A stretch of 64,000 nucleotides of DNA from Sphaerodactylus townsendi. Its lineage: Eukaryota. The notes beneath the pieces were generated by a model, which saw nothing but the letters and a program-made list of their open reading frames with translations, was not told the origin of the DNA and made no database searches. Shown in pieces: positions 1-13,786 of the stretch. The translations under genes were made by a program, and so were the position numbers. Position 1 is the stretch's first letter; each line of letters starts with the position of its first letter. The stretch is from assembly GCF_021028975.2 (NCBI RefSeq), contig NC_059427.1, positions 91,574,001 to 91,638,000 of the forward strand. The letters are read 5' to 3'.

Positions 1-2065
1 TTCCCCGAATGCTGCTTGTATGCCTGGTTCATACACCCAATCATCACTTCAGAAGTGTCATGTCATGGAACTTTTTGTGTGTGTGAATGGGCCATCACAG
101 AGAGAATTTTCATGTCACCCAACGTCAATTCAGACACAATTTTTAATCAGCTTACACACTGAGCTACCAGTCCTCAGGTGCAGATAAACCGAGTACATGC
201 ATGTCTGAACCAGCCCATACAGTTTTCTGCTTGTGTGAGGGTGGTGTGTGTATGTGGAGACACCCTGCAACATATGGTGTTTGTTTTCACTTGTGTTGTT
301 TCCGCTTGGCTTCCTACATTTGCTCATCTGCTGCATTTACAGCTTCTCTCAGTCTTAACTTAAAACAGAGGGTAGGATGGATTTTGTGGGAACCATATGG
401 GCAGATGGAAAATAAACAGCCCAAAGCATCTCTGGCTAATAGAGCTGTGTACTATAAGACCTTACCAAAACCAAGCAGTCCAATACATCAGAGACTCATC
501 AGTAGGCTTGGACAAGTTGCAAGGGAACTGAGCTTTCTCCACTTTTCCCATTGTAAAAGAAACAGTCCGGACAAAGAGCGTTTCCATGTTTTCTGAAGAG
601 TTGCAGGCTCTTGAGACATGTTGGTGTTTTGTGAAACCATTCAAAAGGAGAGGGGACCAAAGGGAGAGCTGTGAAGTGATTTGGTGATGGCAGGCAGTGG
701 AAATTCCGGGAATCCAGGGCTCGTTGCTTTGTTGTTCATCCTGAACTTTCCCCTGTATTGATGTATTGTTTGTCTTCTGTGAAAAACTGCAGACTGCACA
801 TGGTCAACACATTTGTACATGGACAAGAATGATGTCTGAGTGGGATGCTCCATGCCTCACCCTTCTGGAAAGGTAAGAAGGTGATGTGCAGAGAGTTTCT
901 GCAAAAAAGCAGAGGGCTCTCCAGTTCTCTTACCACTTTTCTAACATTGAGCATCCCAGTCATTCTTGGATTAGTATGAGGGACCCCCAAGGAACTTAGA
1001 GTGATTACATTATAAATATGGGGGCTGAGTCACCTCTGGGTCATAAAGGCAGAGATGGGGAGCAGTCATTGCTAGGACACGCTATCTACAGAGGACATCT
1101 CAATTAATGCAGGTAAAGTGAAAGAATCACTGATTCATTAGTGCGAAATGCCCTGTCAGCAGCAGCTGGCCAAGGTTACATGTCTCTGCTTTGCTTCCTT
1201 TCTCACCAGCAGCAGACATGTGGCTGAATGAACTTTGCTATCTAACACAAAGCCAATGAGAAGCTGCACTGTTGCCACACTACTGGCCTGCTGCTTTCAT
1301 CAAGCCTCTGATATCTGGCTTTTAATTTGTCACCTTGAAAGCATGCCTAATTATTCCAAGTGGGAAGTTTTGTATGATTTAATGCTATTTAATGCTGTTT
1401 TAATCATTGTCAAACATACTGGGCTGATTTTGTGCCCTGGACCACATAATGCCCAGGGCAGGTACACCTTTTGCTCTGCTGGAGAGTAAACCAAATATGA
1501 AGAATGTCTGTAGAATAAAAAGGAACTGGGTTGGAGGCAGAAAAGCAGACAGAATCATGTCATCTGGTTCTTGCCTAAAGTGAGAAGTGGCACAGCTAGC
1601 AATCAATATTTTTTTCTCTGAAAAATAAATATGGTTAATAATGTGCATCATTCTAGAATAGTGGTTTTGGCTTTTCTTGTTCTCTGGGCTCTAGAACTCA
1701 CCTTCAAAACTTACTTTCTTCAATAGATGGCAAATATGAAAAAGAAAATTTGGGAAATAAAAAACAAAATCATATTTTATTTTTATAATTTGCTCAGTCC
1801 ATTAATTAATAAAATACAGCTGTGGGGTTCATCCTGCCCCTAGTTTGCTGCCTGCCCTTTATTGCCCATTGGTACACTGAGCAGTGGTGCATTTCAATTT
1901 CATAAAAATATCAGTGCTTTATGCAGCATAATATCACATATCTCTAGAAATCACCAGAAACACTGTGGATTTACTATAGACTTCCCAGTAATTACTAGAG
2001 TGACATGATATAATTTTTGATTTTCCCAGAAGTTACATTGTGATGCATGAGATACTAGGCACCCC

Positions 2066-2432
2066 TATGCTGGGGGGAAGAATTAGGACTAATAAAAGGA
2101 AACACTTCTTCACGCAATGTGTGATTGGTGTTTGGAATATGCTGCCACAGGAGGTGGTGATGGCCACTAACCTGGATAGCTTTAAAAGGGGCTTGGACAG
2201 ATTTATGGAGGAGAAGTCGATTTATGGCTACCAATCTTGATCCTCTTTGATCTGAGATTGCAAATGCCTTAACAGTCCAGGTGATCGGGAGCAACAGCCG
2301 CAGAAGGCCATTGCTTTCACATCCTGCATGTGAGCTCCCAAAAGCACCTGGTGGGCCACTGCGAGTAGCAGAGACCTGGACTAGATGGACTCTCGTCTGA
2401 TCCAGCTGGCTTGTTCTTATGTTCTTATGTTC
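2066..2432 (+). mobile_element. CR1 3' end
   Basis: Peptide RKHFFTQCVIGVWNMLPQEVVMATNLDSFKRGLDRFM; (TTCTTATG)n tail. Confidence 0.9.
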
Positions 2433-4100
2433 ACCCCCCAAACTCCTGCCAGTTGCCAGCAACCCTGTGGCTGCTTCTACTGCCAGAGAGCCCATGGGCC
2501 ATATAAGGGTTGCCAGACTCTTGCTGGGTAGCCCCTTCTTTGAAGCCCCCCCCCAATGCCATTCAGCCAGCTGATGAGGGTCAGCAGGCACAAATTAAGA
2601 TCTTGACCTAGACGCTGTCAGCACGTTGCATCCCTTCCAATCCGGAGGTAATGTCATCACGCCGCTGGCAATGTAGGAGATGCTATGGTATTTGGGGCAG
2701 AACTCTATGGTAACAACAGCTTTTATCATATAATTTTTCTCAAATACCAGCACATCTTCCATGTCATTGCTGACATCTCAATTTGCACATGGTAATACCC
2801 CCCTCCCCCACCAGTTGCCAGGGGGTACCTGACAACCCTTGTCCTCAGTAAGAAGAGAGGAGGGGGAATGCAACACCAGGATCATGAACCTCTTTCTCCT
2901 CCTCTCCACTGGTCTCTGCACCCCAGGACTCTAAGCAGACTCAGCTACTATATCTTTGACCTGCTTCTGGTCTCTCCTTAAATAACCAGTGAGATGATGC
3001 CATGCCCTCCTGACCATTTCTATCCCACCAATTTGCCTAGAACTGGAGGAACTCCCATGAGCATGGGCAAGACCCCACTGTAGCCATCCATCAGGATCCA
3101 ACCTGTTTTTTTTTTATTGTTCTAACCGCAGTAATATAACACATCCATATCTTGGATTGCAGGACCTCCTGGCTCCACTTGATTCTTCCTCTCCAATCAT
3201 TCTTCTGTCTGTACACATTTATATATTTCTAGCACTTATAATTCCATACATCTGATGGAAGGGGTATGCCCCACAGAGACTTATGTCGCAATACATGTGT
3301 TAGTTTTTAAGGACTCACAAGATGTTTGGGGTTTTTTGGCTGTGCCAGATTAAGACAGCAACCTTCCTGATACATGTTGAATATTTCAACACTCCCACAA
3401 AGTGGTAACATAATGCAGTTTGTTTCATTTGACCAACACAGAAGAAGAATGTAAATATTTGGGTTAGGTTGCATCCTCTTTGCCTCTTTTCAATTTCAGT
3501 ATCAATCACATCCTTTGAAAGACATGTTCCCAGATTTTGTGCATATCAAAGCAACTATTATTCACGGGGTAGTTTCTGTTGCTCACACTTGGTTTTATTT
3601 AAATGTTATCACTTTTGTTATTTCTCTTTCTCCTCTTTTATGAAAGAACATTCATTGTGTGGATGCACATTCTTCAATTTCCCCAACAATCACTCTGTTC
3701 TACACACCTGCAAAGCATGGGCGTATGATTATGGCTGCCAAGTCCTTACCAAAAAGTTTTGGCGGGTGTGGTTGTCTCTCATTCCGGTGATTCCATCAGT
3801 GTCAGGAAAAGTCACACCTGGTAAACATTTCCTTCCCATCCACCACTACAAGGCATAGGAACACCCTTCGAGACAAGGTGCCGACAACCTGATAAGGGTG
3901 TGTCTGTAACCTGTATGGGCAGGCAGCTGTTGGTACCAAGATGGAAGGCATTAACTTTGGTCAATATGAAGACCAGGAAGAGGGATTTGTGCACCTCTCT
4001 TTTTGCACATCTGGAACTAAATTTGAAAGAGAAAAACTATGACCAGTAAGCTGGTCCCTTGCTCCCTTTTCTTGGCCATGATCATGGGTTTAAGCTACAT

Positions 4101-4292
4101 CATAAGAACATAAGAACTAGCCTGCTGGATCAGACCAGAGTCCATCTAGTCCAGCACTCTGCTACTTGCAGTGGCCCACCAGGTGCCTTTGGGAGCTCAC
4201 ATGCAGGATGTGAAAGCAATGGCCTTCTGCTGCTGCTGCTGCTGCTGCGGCCAAGCATCTGGTCTGTTAAGGCATTTGCAATCTCAGATCAG
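4101..4292 (-). mobile_element. CR1 3' UTR fragment (same family as 2066-2432)
   Basis: Reverse complement of ~2248-2430, with an expanded (CTG)n at 4227-4248. Confidence 0.88.
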
Positions 4293-5218
4293 CGCATCAG
4301 TATTTAGCAGGGGAGGCTTTTCCAACCATCAAGAAATTAGAAATGTGTCAATTGTTTGGATGAGCTGCTGTTAAAGGCACAAGATAATTACAAAACTAGG
4401 GATCAGTACAAAGAAATTATCCTCACAGTATAACAATATAATTATTCTGGTTAAAGGCATGAGAGCAGGGCCTAAGGAAAAAGATGACAGGCTCTGCCTG
4501 GGTAGCATCCGGAGTACAGTCATCCACCTATCCTTGCTGCTCAAAATCATTTGTTAAATACAAAGAAGACTGTTCTTTTCCTTCTTTACCTTTTTGGTTT
4601 ATTGCAAACTTTTTCCTGGGGAAATCAAGTCCCTTTAGCCCAGCTGAAGAAAGCCAGATTAAACAATGAACAGAGCTGAGACAGCAAAAGAATGTCTTGG
4701 TATTTCTTTTCCCCCCCAAGTTTAGAAATGGAAGACATGTTAGAGTTGGGATGTGTGGAAACTGGAAATTCCTCTGTGCATTGTTTTACCAGGTAGCGGA
4801 AGTGGTTGGAAAGCTAAATGACTGGCTTGTGTGCTACAGAACAGAGCCAATTTCCACTTATTCAACTGCTTCTGCACTCACTTTTTTACACTGACCATGA
4901 ACTATTTTGGTTAAGGTGTGAACTGCTCTGTAGACCATTTATAAGGAACAATAAAATGTAGTTAATAATTAAGTAAAATTGTCAAAATACCAACAATTTT
5001 TAAAATGAAAAACATTACTCTCCTTCCTCTTTTCCAGTTGCAGGTCTGGAGACGATGGCACGAATCCTAGTAAAATAAGACAAACATTTTTCTCATTCCT
5101 AATAGCACTTATGTTTGCTGCTGCTAAGCACAGTTGGAATGTTTAGCTGCTGTTGGTGCGCTATCAGCAGCCTCCCCTTTATATAAGGATTTACATAGAC
5201 AGTGTAATGGGAGGAAAG

Positions 5219-5826
5219 CAGGGGCATACCGCCCATGGGGACATGTGGTGTCACATGTCCCCGGGCACATGCCATTTAGTCACATAGGGGTGCAGAATTA
5301 CGCCCCTCCACATGGTAGTCAGTGTTGCATGCCCATTTTCCAGGGCTGCCAAGCAACACCTGTTCCTGCCTCCTGCAGTAGCAGCAGCAGCAGCAGCAGC
5401 AAATTCACCAGCTCTTGCTGAGGCCGGCATCCTTCCTCCTTCCTCCCTCTGCTGCACTCCAGCAAACAGAGTGTCCAAGGCCAGAGACAGTCCATTGCTC
5501 ACCCTGGCTCCACGGAGTGGTTCTTGGGCATCCTTTGCCAGGAGGGAGGGCTGGAGATTTCCTCGCAGAAGCTGCAGTGGGAAGCTGCTGGGTGCCCAGT
5601 GGAGCATGCAGGAGAAGTAGCAGAATTCAAAAGGAGGCCTACCCGATGCTGGAGCAGCACGTCAACAAGCAATCCAGCTGCTGTCCCCACCCTCAGACAC
5701 TCTGTCTGCCGGAGCGCAGTGGGGGGGGGGGAAGGGGGAGGAGGGTTGACATAAATGTGAGCAGCTGCCCAGGGGAGGAAAACGGAGTTCTGGCCCCAGG
5801 CTCCGTTTTCTGTTGATATGTTCCTG
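5219..5826. mobile_element. Non-autonomous hAT-like element with a GC-rich interior
   Basis: TSD gaggaaag / gaagaaag (7/8); degenerate TIRs caggggcata / tatgttcctg. Confidence 0.65.
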
Positions 5827-5897
5827 GAAGAAAGGCACAGCTTCCTTCATCAATGCTGACTGTGAAATGCCATAGGCATTTGGCACTGGGGATGCCT

Positions 5898-6103
5898 GCT
5901 TCCAGGTAGGGTCTAAAGATCTCCAAGAATTACAAACTGCAGAGATCAGTTCCCCTGGAGAAAATGGCTGCTTTGGAGGGTAGACTCTGTGGCATCCCAT
6001 CCCCACTGAGGTCCCTTCCCCACAAACCTTCCCCTCCCCAGGCTCTACTACCAAATCTTCTGGAATTTTCCAGCTTGGAGTTGGCAGCCCTTATTTGGCA
6101 CTT
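5898..6103 (+). repeat. Old 'TAGGGTTGCCA'-type hAT-derived dispersed repeat
   Basis: atcagttcccctggagaaaatggctgctttggagg core also at ~58012-58199 (+) and ~34540-34735 (-); a related TIR-bounded copy lies at 2505-2840. Confidence 0.65.
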
Positions 6104-7624
6104 CTGTCTTTTCCCTCAGGAGCAGTGTAGTGATATGTACAGGGAGGCATGGAGCCATAATTGTCATTGTTTTATTTTCTTACTGTTTTGAAAAATCCTA
6201 AGTCTAAACATATGCTCTGAAATATTTTGTCATTATTTATGGATAAAATGATAGAGAACTGGTGGGAGCTTGGGGGTAGGGCATGAGGCACGTGGCATCA
6301 CGACTACAATGTCACTTCCAGGGGAAACCAAAAGTGTTATCATGTCGCTCTAGGAATCATTGTAAAGTCCATGGTAAAGCCATAGAGTAGATCATAACAT
6401 GAGAACTGGGTTGCCAATGGATATGGTTGTTGCTCCTCAGTAGTGATTTCCACAGTTATGGCAGCCCAGTTTTCCACTGTCACTATAATGACAATTATGT
6501 CTGGGTGGCTGAGGATGTATCCATGAATAGACTAGGTCACATGTTACGTTTCCAGGCAGCTGGACCATCCTATAAGGAGAAGAACTTAAACAGGTGTACT
6601 GACTTATAGATTATGGTAAAAAGATGGAGGACTCATGTGGATAATTCTTCTTCCCTACAGTTGTGGGGTGGATTTCATAATCCCTTGGTTCCCTTTAGTT
6701 TTCTGATTGCATTTCTTATGCCTACTTAGTTCACTGTCCAATGGAAAGTTCCTCTGCCCTAGCCTGATTGAAATTAAGGGGAGCTGCATAAGAACAGAGG
6801 AATGATTCCCTTTCATTCCATTCAATTCTGTGGAACTTCTGTGGGAGGCATGGGTGGTAGAGTCCTGTTTAATTGTTTTAAATATTTGCTGTCTTTTGTA
6901 GTTTTAAAACTAGGCTTGCCATGTACTTGCTGGGCCCTGCCTGCCATCCATTGCCCACCCTCACTCCAGTGAGCAGTAAGCGAAAGTGCAGAGGCTGGAA
7001 TGATGTCTTGCAACATTGCAATATTGTTTCTGGTCATATAACCACAAACCGCAATGTCACAGGATGATCTAAAAGCCACATAGTGTTTTGTGATGTGGTG
7101 ATGGCTCTTCAGAATACGTGGTTGGAAATGATGCCATGCCATGGTACAATGTTGTTCTGACAAGTCTTCTGCCCCTTCCCCTCAGTCTTCTGGGGTATCC
7201 AGCCTTCCTGGTGACCTTATTTAAAACTCTTCTCCTAGCCCAACATCTGGCAGAAAACTCAAGTGCCAGTTTCTAAAGATGCTTAACAAAATGTTTGGTT
7301 CTGAAAACCTCTGGCTCACCTTCTGTCCCATTTAGACCTTCCACATCGTTGGGGCCATTGCCACTCAGGTTATTTGCCCCAGGTTCAGTACTGTTGGGAA
7401 GTGGGATTCTTTCCTTCTTCTTGATAACATTTGGGTAACTCCTAGGGTTTCCCTGGATCTTTCCCAAACCTACTTTTCTTAAAGTTTTTGGGAAAGGTCT
7501 CAGCAAAGCTTGCATGGCTGCCATGTGAATGGCAAAATTCAGGCTTTCCCAGTCCCACCCACACAGCAGCCCCCCCCCAACCCCCCCACCGCACCCCCTG
7601 TTGCTATTTCCTCTCACTGCTGGG

Positions 7625-7922
7625 GAGAGGAGGAGGAGGAGAGGAGGAAGAGGAGTTTGGATTTATATCCTCCCTTTCTCTCCTGTAAGGAGACTCAAAG
7701 GGGCTTACAATCTCCTTTCCTTTCCCCCTCACAACAAACACCTTGTGAGGTAGGTGGGGCTGAGAGAGCTCTGAAGAACTGTGACTAGCCCCAGATCACC
7801 CAGCTGGCATGTGCTAGAGTGCACAAGTTAATCTGGTTCACCAGATAAGCCTTCACAGCTCAAGTGGCAGAGCGGGGAATTAAACCCGGTTCTCCAGATT
7901 AGAGTGCTCTTAACCACTACAC
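7625..7922 (-). mobile_element. Squam3-like SINE
   Basis: Reverse-complement homologue of 30812-31120 with a (GAG/GAA) tail. Confidence 0.85.
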
Positions 7923-9744
7923 TTAACCACTTTTACATCAATATCATTATATAACAGATCTTTATAACAGGCTGTATAACAGGTTCACCGAATTCTCAGC
8001 TGTCAGAAGTAAGTCTCTGTTGTGGAAATATAAAAAGAAGAGTATATCTCTGCGATGAAATAGGCTAGGGACTTTAAATGAAAACTGGAAAATCAGAGAG
8101 CCTATCATATAGATTGTTATAATATTATATCAATATCATGATATCCAGTTGCTCATTAAAAAAAACCCTGAAAAGCTTTAGTGATGTGTATGTGGGAGAT
8201 GGCTACTGTTGGAGGGGCAGGAAAACCTGCCTAGTAAAAGTCTCACAGCCACTACACAGTATCAGTGGGGAAACTAAACAAGCCTGTCTCTGAATGGAAA
8301 ACATCTGGCATATTTTCTGTTCAAGAAGAAACACTCTTGATAAACACTGTATAGTTGCAATAGCAACAGGTATCAGGTCAATTATTTGAGAATGTTGTAT
8401 TTTTTCAAACAATCAAGACGTTGCTGAGTGATCTTAACTTTGTGAGAAATTTAGTTTTATAGCCAGCTATTTGGTAACATTAGGGCTGATTCATATGGGC
8501 CTGTTTTTCAAGTAAACTGATTAAATTTTCAGTGATACAACTCGTTTGTGTTAAGGAAGTTCCTGGCCTGGGATAAAGCTACATCCTGGCAATGCAGGAA
8601 AGGTAATATGTGAGAGGCATATCACTTGACAGTTACAACTTCTGTTGGTTATGTGAGTTATTTAAATGGTGTGGCTTCCTGTGACTCACTGCACTCCACC
8701 TTGTTCAGACACTCTTATTAAGGCAACCCCACACCCAAAACCCTAGTAAACCTCAGCCAAGTCAGAACAGGACCACTGTATATCTCTGTAGCATCTGAGC
8801 AAGTAGGATGTGTAGGGCAATAATAAGATCTTATACTGGGGACTCTAATTCATGGGTTTCCTCTCAACAGCATTAACTTAGTGTGCTGTCTTCTGAAATC
8901 TGGGCTGTTCCTTTTCCTCTCTATTGTTGTGGCATCAAGTAGGACAATCTTCTTTTTCCTTGCGTCTATGCAATTAGGAATAAGATCATTGTCTTGCTAA
9001 TCAAAGATGAGCAAGAGGGCAGCATCACTGAAGAATTGAGAGAAGCCAAAACTGAATGCCATTAAGTAAATATAAAAATAATAAAACACATAAGGACAAA
9101 CAGCAAATAGCATTTAGTTGATTATACATGTAATAACAATACATTTCAGAGGCTTGAGACACTAAAGAATGTTTCAGACATTCCTTGCAAAATAACAACA
9201 CTCATTTTCTGTAAGAATGTACAGAGAGTTTCCTGTATTCGTTCACAATTTGCAGATGAAACTTGGGTGAGTGTACTTTTTTACTAGCTGACAATATACT
9301 TTTCTATCCCTGTCTATTCTTCCCAATGGACAGACTGTGATTAGTTACAGTCATAATCCTGTTTGTTAGCTGTTCCCTTTCTCAGTCTGTCCATGCTGTA
9401 TGTTTCAACTTGCCTTCTGTTTAGTAGGAAGCTGTACCAGAAGACACCTGGAAAAGATCCTCCCAATGGACCCATACCACCTCATTCCCATATAAATGGA
9501 GAAAGATCCATAACCTCAAGATATCTTTGAATAGATATTGGTGTTCCGACTTTAGGTTGTTCCAGATTATAATCTTCTGATTCAAGGAAAACATAGTTGG
9601 TTGTTATTCCAAGAAATCTGATTGTTTATCTCCTGCTACATCAACTGTGTAGAAACTGGATTGGATCCTACTGATGTTCTGCTGATTGCAGGTTCTCAGC
9701 CTGCATGACTTTTTTGTCTATGAGTTATGTAAATGCCATCACAT

Positions 9745-9925
9745 TGTAGCGGACTTATAGCGACCCCATAACGGTTCCAAGGCAATAGACTAACAGAATT
9801 GGTTTGCCATTGCCTTCCTTTGCGTAGCAACTGTAGTATTCCTTGGTGGTCTCCCATCTAAATACTAAATACTAATTAGGGTTGACCTTGTTTATCTTCT
9901 GAAATCTGTTGAGATCCAGGTAGCC
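9745..9925 (-). mobile_element. 5S rRNA-derived SINE with an RTE/BovB-like tail
   Basis: The reverse complement of 9840-9925 aligns to the 5S internal region (gatctc...agcagggtc...ttagtacttggatgggagacc), followed by gcaatggcaaacca. A head fragment also occurs at ~61392-61440 (+). Confidence 0.7.
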
Positions 9926-11383
9926 AACAACCCTTTGGAATATCCTTTCAGGGGTTAGAGGGAGCTGCAGGGTAGAAGAAGGCACATAAAGATCTACTTT
10001 CACCAATGTAATGTTCATAGGATCCAGCCCATTATGTGTTCCTGGTATTTGTACTTCTATAATATGCATGTTGTGGAAATTCAATTGCCCATTCAAGGTT
10101 GATAGAATTAATATAAACCTCCACATTAAAAAAAGAAACCACTAAAGCTACTTCTTACTTTTTTCTTGGAACAACCTCATTTTCCTACTTGCTTGACCAA
10201 GATATTATATCACTGGATAGTGCGTGAAGAACAAAGTCTAATATGACAGAATAGGAATTCCAACTTAAGTCTTAGTCTGATAAGTCTAACTACTATGCCA
10301 TTCTGAGAAGCTCCTTACAAAGGGAGTCAGAATGTTGTATGTGATGGAAGAAGACAAACTTCCCCATAGCCCTTCCTCCTTGCCATACAATCAAACCTAC
10401 AACTTTCCACAGAAGGAGGGCCTGCTCAGGCAAAGGAGAAGGCTCAACAACTGTGAAGTTCGCCTCCCGGTTGATTTCATCCTTTTCTGTTGCACCTTTC
10501 CATACTCTGGTCCTTCCCTGCTGCTCAGTATTCTGCAGGTCAACAAGGAAAGGCTACAGCTCTTCTCTCCTGCAGCTCTTCTCTGCCCCTCCCCCCTTCA
10601 GTCACTGATTAGAATTGCCCGTTTGCACAGCATCTGAGAGACGGGATGTCAGAGACAATTTATGTCTCTCTGTAGGTGGGAGAGAACAAGTCAAGCAAGC
10701 CTCATCTCTAAAGCCAACAATCTCCTTCTGAGTCAGGGATGGGCTGCAGTACTTGTGGGTTAACCTACAGGTGTTATATAGCTATTGTACACAAATATGT
10801 TCAAGGTATAAAAAATATGAGTACATTGAGAGGGAAATAGACTGTTCCACTAACAGCAGCTTTTTGCTGCTACAAGAAGCCTTGTGTCTGTGAAGCATGT
10901 GATAAGAGTAAGAATCCAGCTCTATGTTGTTGGCAGCCTAATCCACAGGACTCAGGTAGCCAGGGATGACATTTCTGCCAGACTGCTGCGCCACTTCCAA
11001 AAGGGTTTCCAGGCAGCACAGGGAGGCAGCAAATGTAAGAACCCCCTGACCACCTAAAAGCCTCCATAACCCAGAACATCCAAGGGGGTTTCTGGCTCCA
11101 AAGGCTGGTAGAAGTCAACTACAGTTAGCTCTACTCCTGGGAACACCCCCAGAATGCTCCCAGCTGTGCCAGCATCTGCCTGGGGGCTGGGCTCCCTTCC
11201 AGGTTGGGCCTTGCCAATTTCTACAGTGCCCTCTTGCTTCCCAGTTTACCCTTCCCATTGGTGTAAATTCTCCTTATGCCAGCAGGGTGGGCAAACACAC
11301 CAGCATGGCCCCACACCGGCTCCAAGAGCCCATTGCCCACCTCAAAGAATTGAGCTGTATGTGAATAATTCATTATGACACTC

Positions 11384-12266
11384 TGTGGAAGAAGGCGCTT
11401 ATATTTACTGCTTTTCGCTGCCACCAAAAATAAAATAAAGCCCACAAAAACTGATTTTTAAACGGTCACCACCTTGACTGGGGAACACAGAGACACAGAC
11501 CAAAAATAATAATAACTGGAGAGGTTTTCAAAGATGAACAAACTTAAAACTTTATTTGCTGGCTTAATACAGGCTTCTCAGATAAACTGGAGAGGTAATA
11601 GGTGTAATGGTTAGAGAGAGTTTGCTTAAGCTTAACGGTTTCACACAGTAAGTTGGTTTCAAGCTTAGCGGTTACAGAGCAGTTTTGTTCTTAAAGCGTA
11701 ATGGTTTCAGGCACTGTACTTCAGTTACTAAATGGACCCTCACAGGTGTCCCTTCACTTGAGTTGTTGTTCCACAAAAGATGGTATTGTTGAGGGCTTAC
11801 ACTCCCTCCTAAAATTAAAAGACAAAAAGAAAACACCTGAGGGCGGACACAAGCCTCCAAACTCAGGGTTTGAGAACACTGAATAGCCTCCTCAGCTATT
11901 CCTGATACAGCAGTGAGAGATCTCTCCGGATTCTCTTCACTCTGTCACTAAAAGGTACCCGAAGGCACACACGCTCATACAGAGCCAGACAGTCCGAAGA
12001 CTAAAAATCAAGAACACTTTCACAGTAGTGAGAGACCGCTGCGGGTTCTCTTCACTCTGTCACTAAAAGGTACCCGAAGGCACACACGCTCATACAGAGC
12101 CAGACAGTCCGAAGACTAAAAATCAAGAACCCCTCAGCACGCAGGCTGACAGAATTTATAGACTCTGCTTACTTTCCTCTGGCCAATCAGGGCTGGCCAG
12201 GGCTTAACTCTTTAGGGGGGCGGGTCCACCCTGTAACCTGAATGCAGGCTGAATGCATTCGTCACA
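11384..12266 (-). mobile_element. Solo LTR (ERV1/Gypsy-type), 883 bp
   Basis: TG...CA ends (tgtg...caca); 4-bp TSD actc (11380-11383, 12267-12270). In minus-strand order: GC box (~12215-12224), CCAAT element (12183-12187), TATAAA (12155-12160), AATAAA (11551-11556). Confidence 0.8.
11911..12130. repeat. Tandem duplication with a 115-bp period inside the solo LTR
   Basis: ttctcttcactctgtcactaaaaggtacccgaaggcacacacgc...aatcaagaac starts at both 11931 and 12046. Confidence 0.9.
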
Positions 12267-13611
12267 ACTCCATTCAATCAAAGAAAAATACTACTGGGCT
12301 ATCTGGACAACTATATATGGGGTGAAACATAAAATTCTTCTTTAGAACCTTTTAAGTATCCTATCGATTTGCAGTGACTTACACTGTGTAACCCTCCTTA
12401 AGTCTCAGTGAGGTGAGGTGGGTGAACTATAAATATACCAAATAAATAAAATGAATAGCTGCAAAATGCTAATTGCTTGTAAACAGGATGTCTCAATTGC
12501 AGTCACAGCTAATGAATAACACTGGGCAAAATAAAAAAATTACCAATCTTGTTTAGGTAATGGAAGGAAAGTGACACAACCATTTGTCAATACCTTCCTA
12601 GAAAGACAGTTAGAGTTTGGTTATAAATAACTGTTTCGTTTTATAGTCCGAGAGCTGTTTTGTGTGATATATATATATAATGTTGGTCCATTTATATATA
12701 TTCTGAATTATATATATTCTGAATATATATATAATTTTCTGAATATATATATTTGCAGCTGCTTAGTTTTATTCTTTTTAAATGTTCTTACTGGGGTTTT
12801 TAACAGTTTATTAATTATTCACTACTTTTATGGTGTTTTATGTTTTTATTATGTTTTACTTTGTAAGCTGCCTGGAATAGCTTCTCTGGAAAGGTGACAT
12901 AGAAATTTTCTGAATAACACAATTTTATTTTGAGGCACTTGTCTTCAGCGTTGTCCTTTATTTTGATGTCACACAGCTTCCAACACTAAACTTCTCTTCT
13001 GCATTACATTTTGGACATATTTCTAAAAAAAAAAAACCCTTCCTTTGCTGTTCTGTTGCAGATACCAGATTTGGTAAATGCTTATCAAAATATTTAAACA
13101 TTGAAAAAAACTGGAAAATGAACAACATTTAAAGAGGAAGTACTAATTGCTTAGCATTTCTGCTGTAAAGTGATACAACAGGATTAATTTATCACCGCAA
13201 GGGGAATATAAGGAAGTGGAAGAAAGCTGATCATCATATGCTGTCTTGTAACAAATGGAACAATCCATCACCTGCACCTTGTTAATACACAGGTGTGGCA
13301 GGATGATGCAAGAAAATGGACTGCTTTGTTTCCAGTTTCAATCTATATATACTGCTAAGTTGCTTGAGGTTCCAGGCAAGTTCTGCTCACACTCTGCTGA
13401 TGCCCAGTGTATTCAAAGTATATTCAAAGTTGACTGTCCACTTGTCCAAACACCTCTTGAAGAGCAGAATGAATCCAGCAGTTGGCACACAGACTATTCT
13501 GATTACTCCACCAGGCAAGCACCAAAGAGCATGTTTGCTGATCCAGTGTCGATAGAGGCGTTTCCCCTCTCTGGATAAATCCAACAGATCATGAATTCTT
13601 GGGACTGGGTA

Positions 13612-13786
13612 AGGGGCTTGCAAACTTCTTCCCTTCCTCCCCCCACAGCAGATATCTTGTGAGGTCGGTGGGGCTGAGAGAACTGTGACTAGCCCGAGGT
13701 CACCAGCAGACTTTGTGTGGAGGTGTGGGGAAACAAACCTGGTTCTCCAGATTAGAGCTTACCTGCTCTTAACCACTGTACCATGC
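13612..13786 (-). mobile_element. Squam3-like SINE, partial
   Basis: gtggggctgagag...ggttctccagattagag...cttaaccact core shared with the other copies. Confidence 0.75.

Noticed and set aside
9840-9925. 5S rRNA gene
   Set aside because: Partial, mutated and fused to a LINE-like tail, so a SINE head.
11911-12130. Direct repeats with a short variable segment as a CRISPR-like array
   Set aside because: Only two long units inside a vertebrate LTR and no cas genes; a simple tandem duplication.
12664-12897. Hydrophobic 77-aa ORF as a membrane protein
   Set aside because: (TA)n low-complexity sequence plus a LINE tail remnant.
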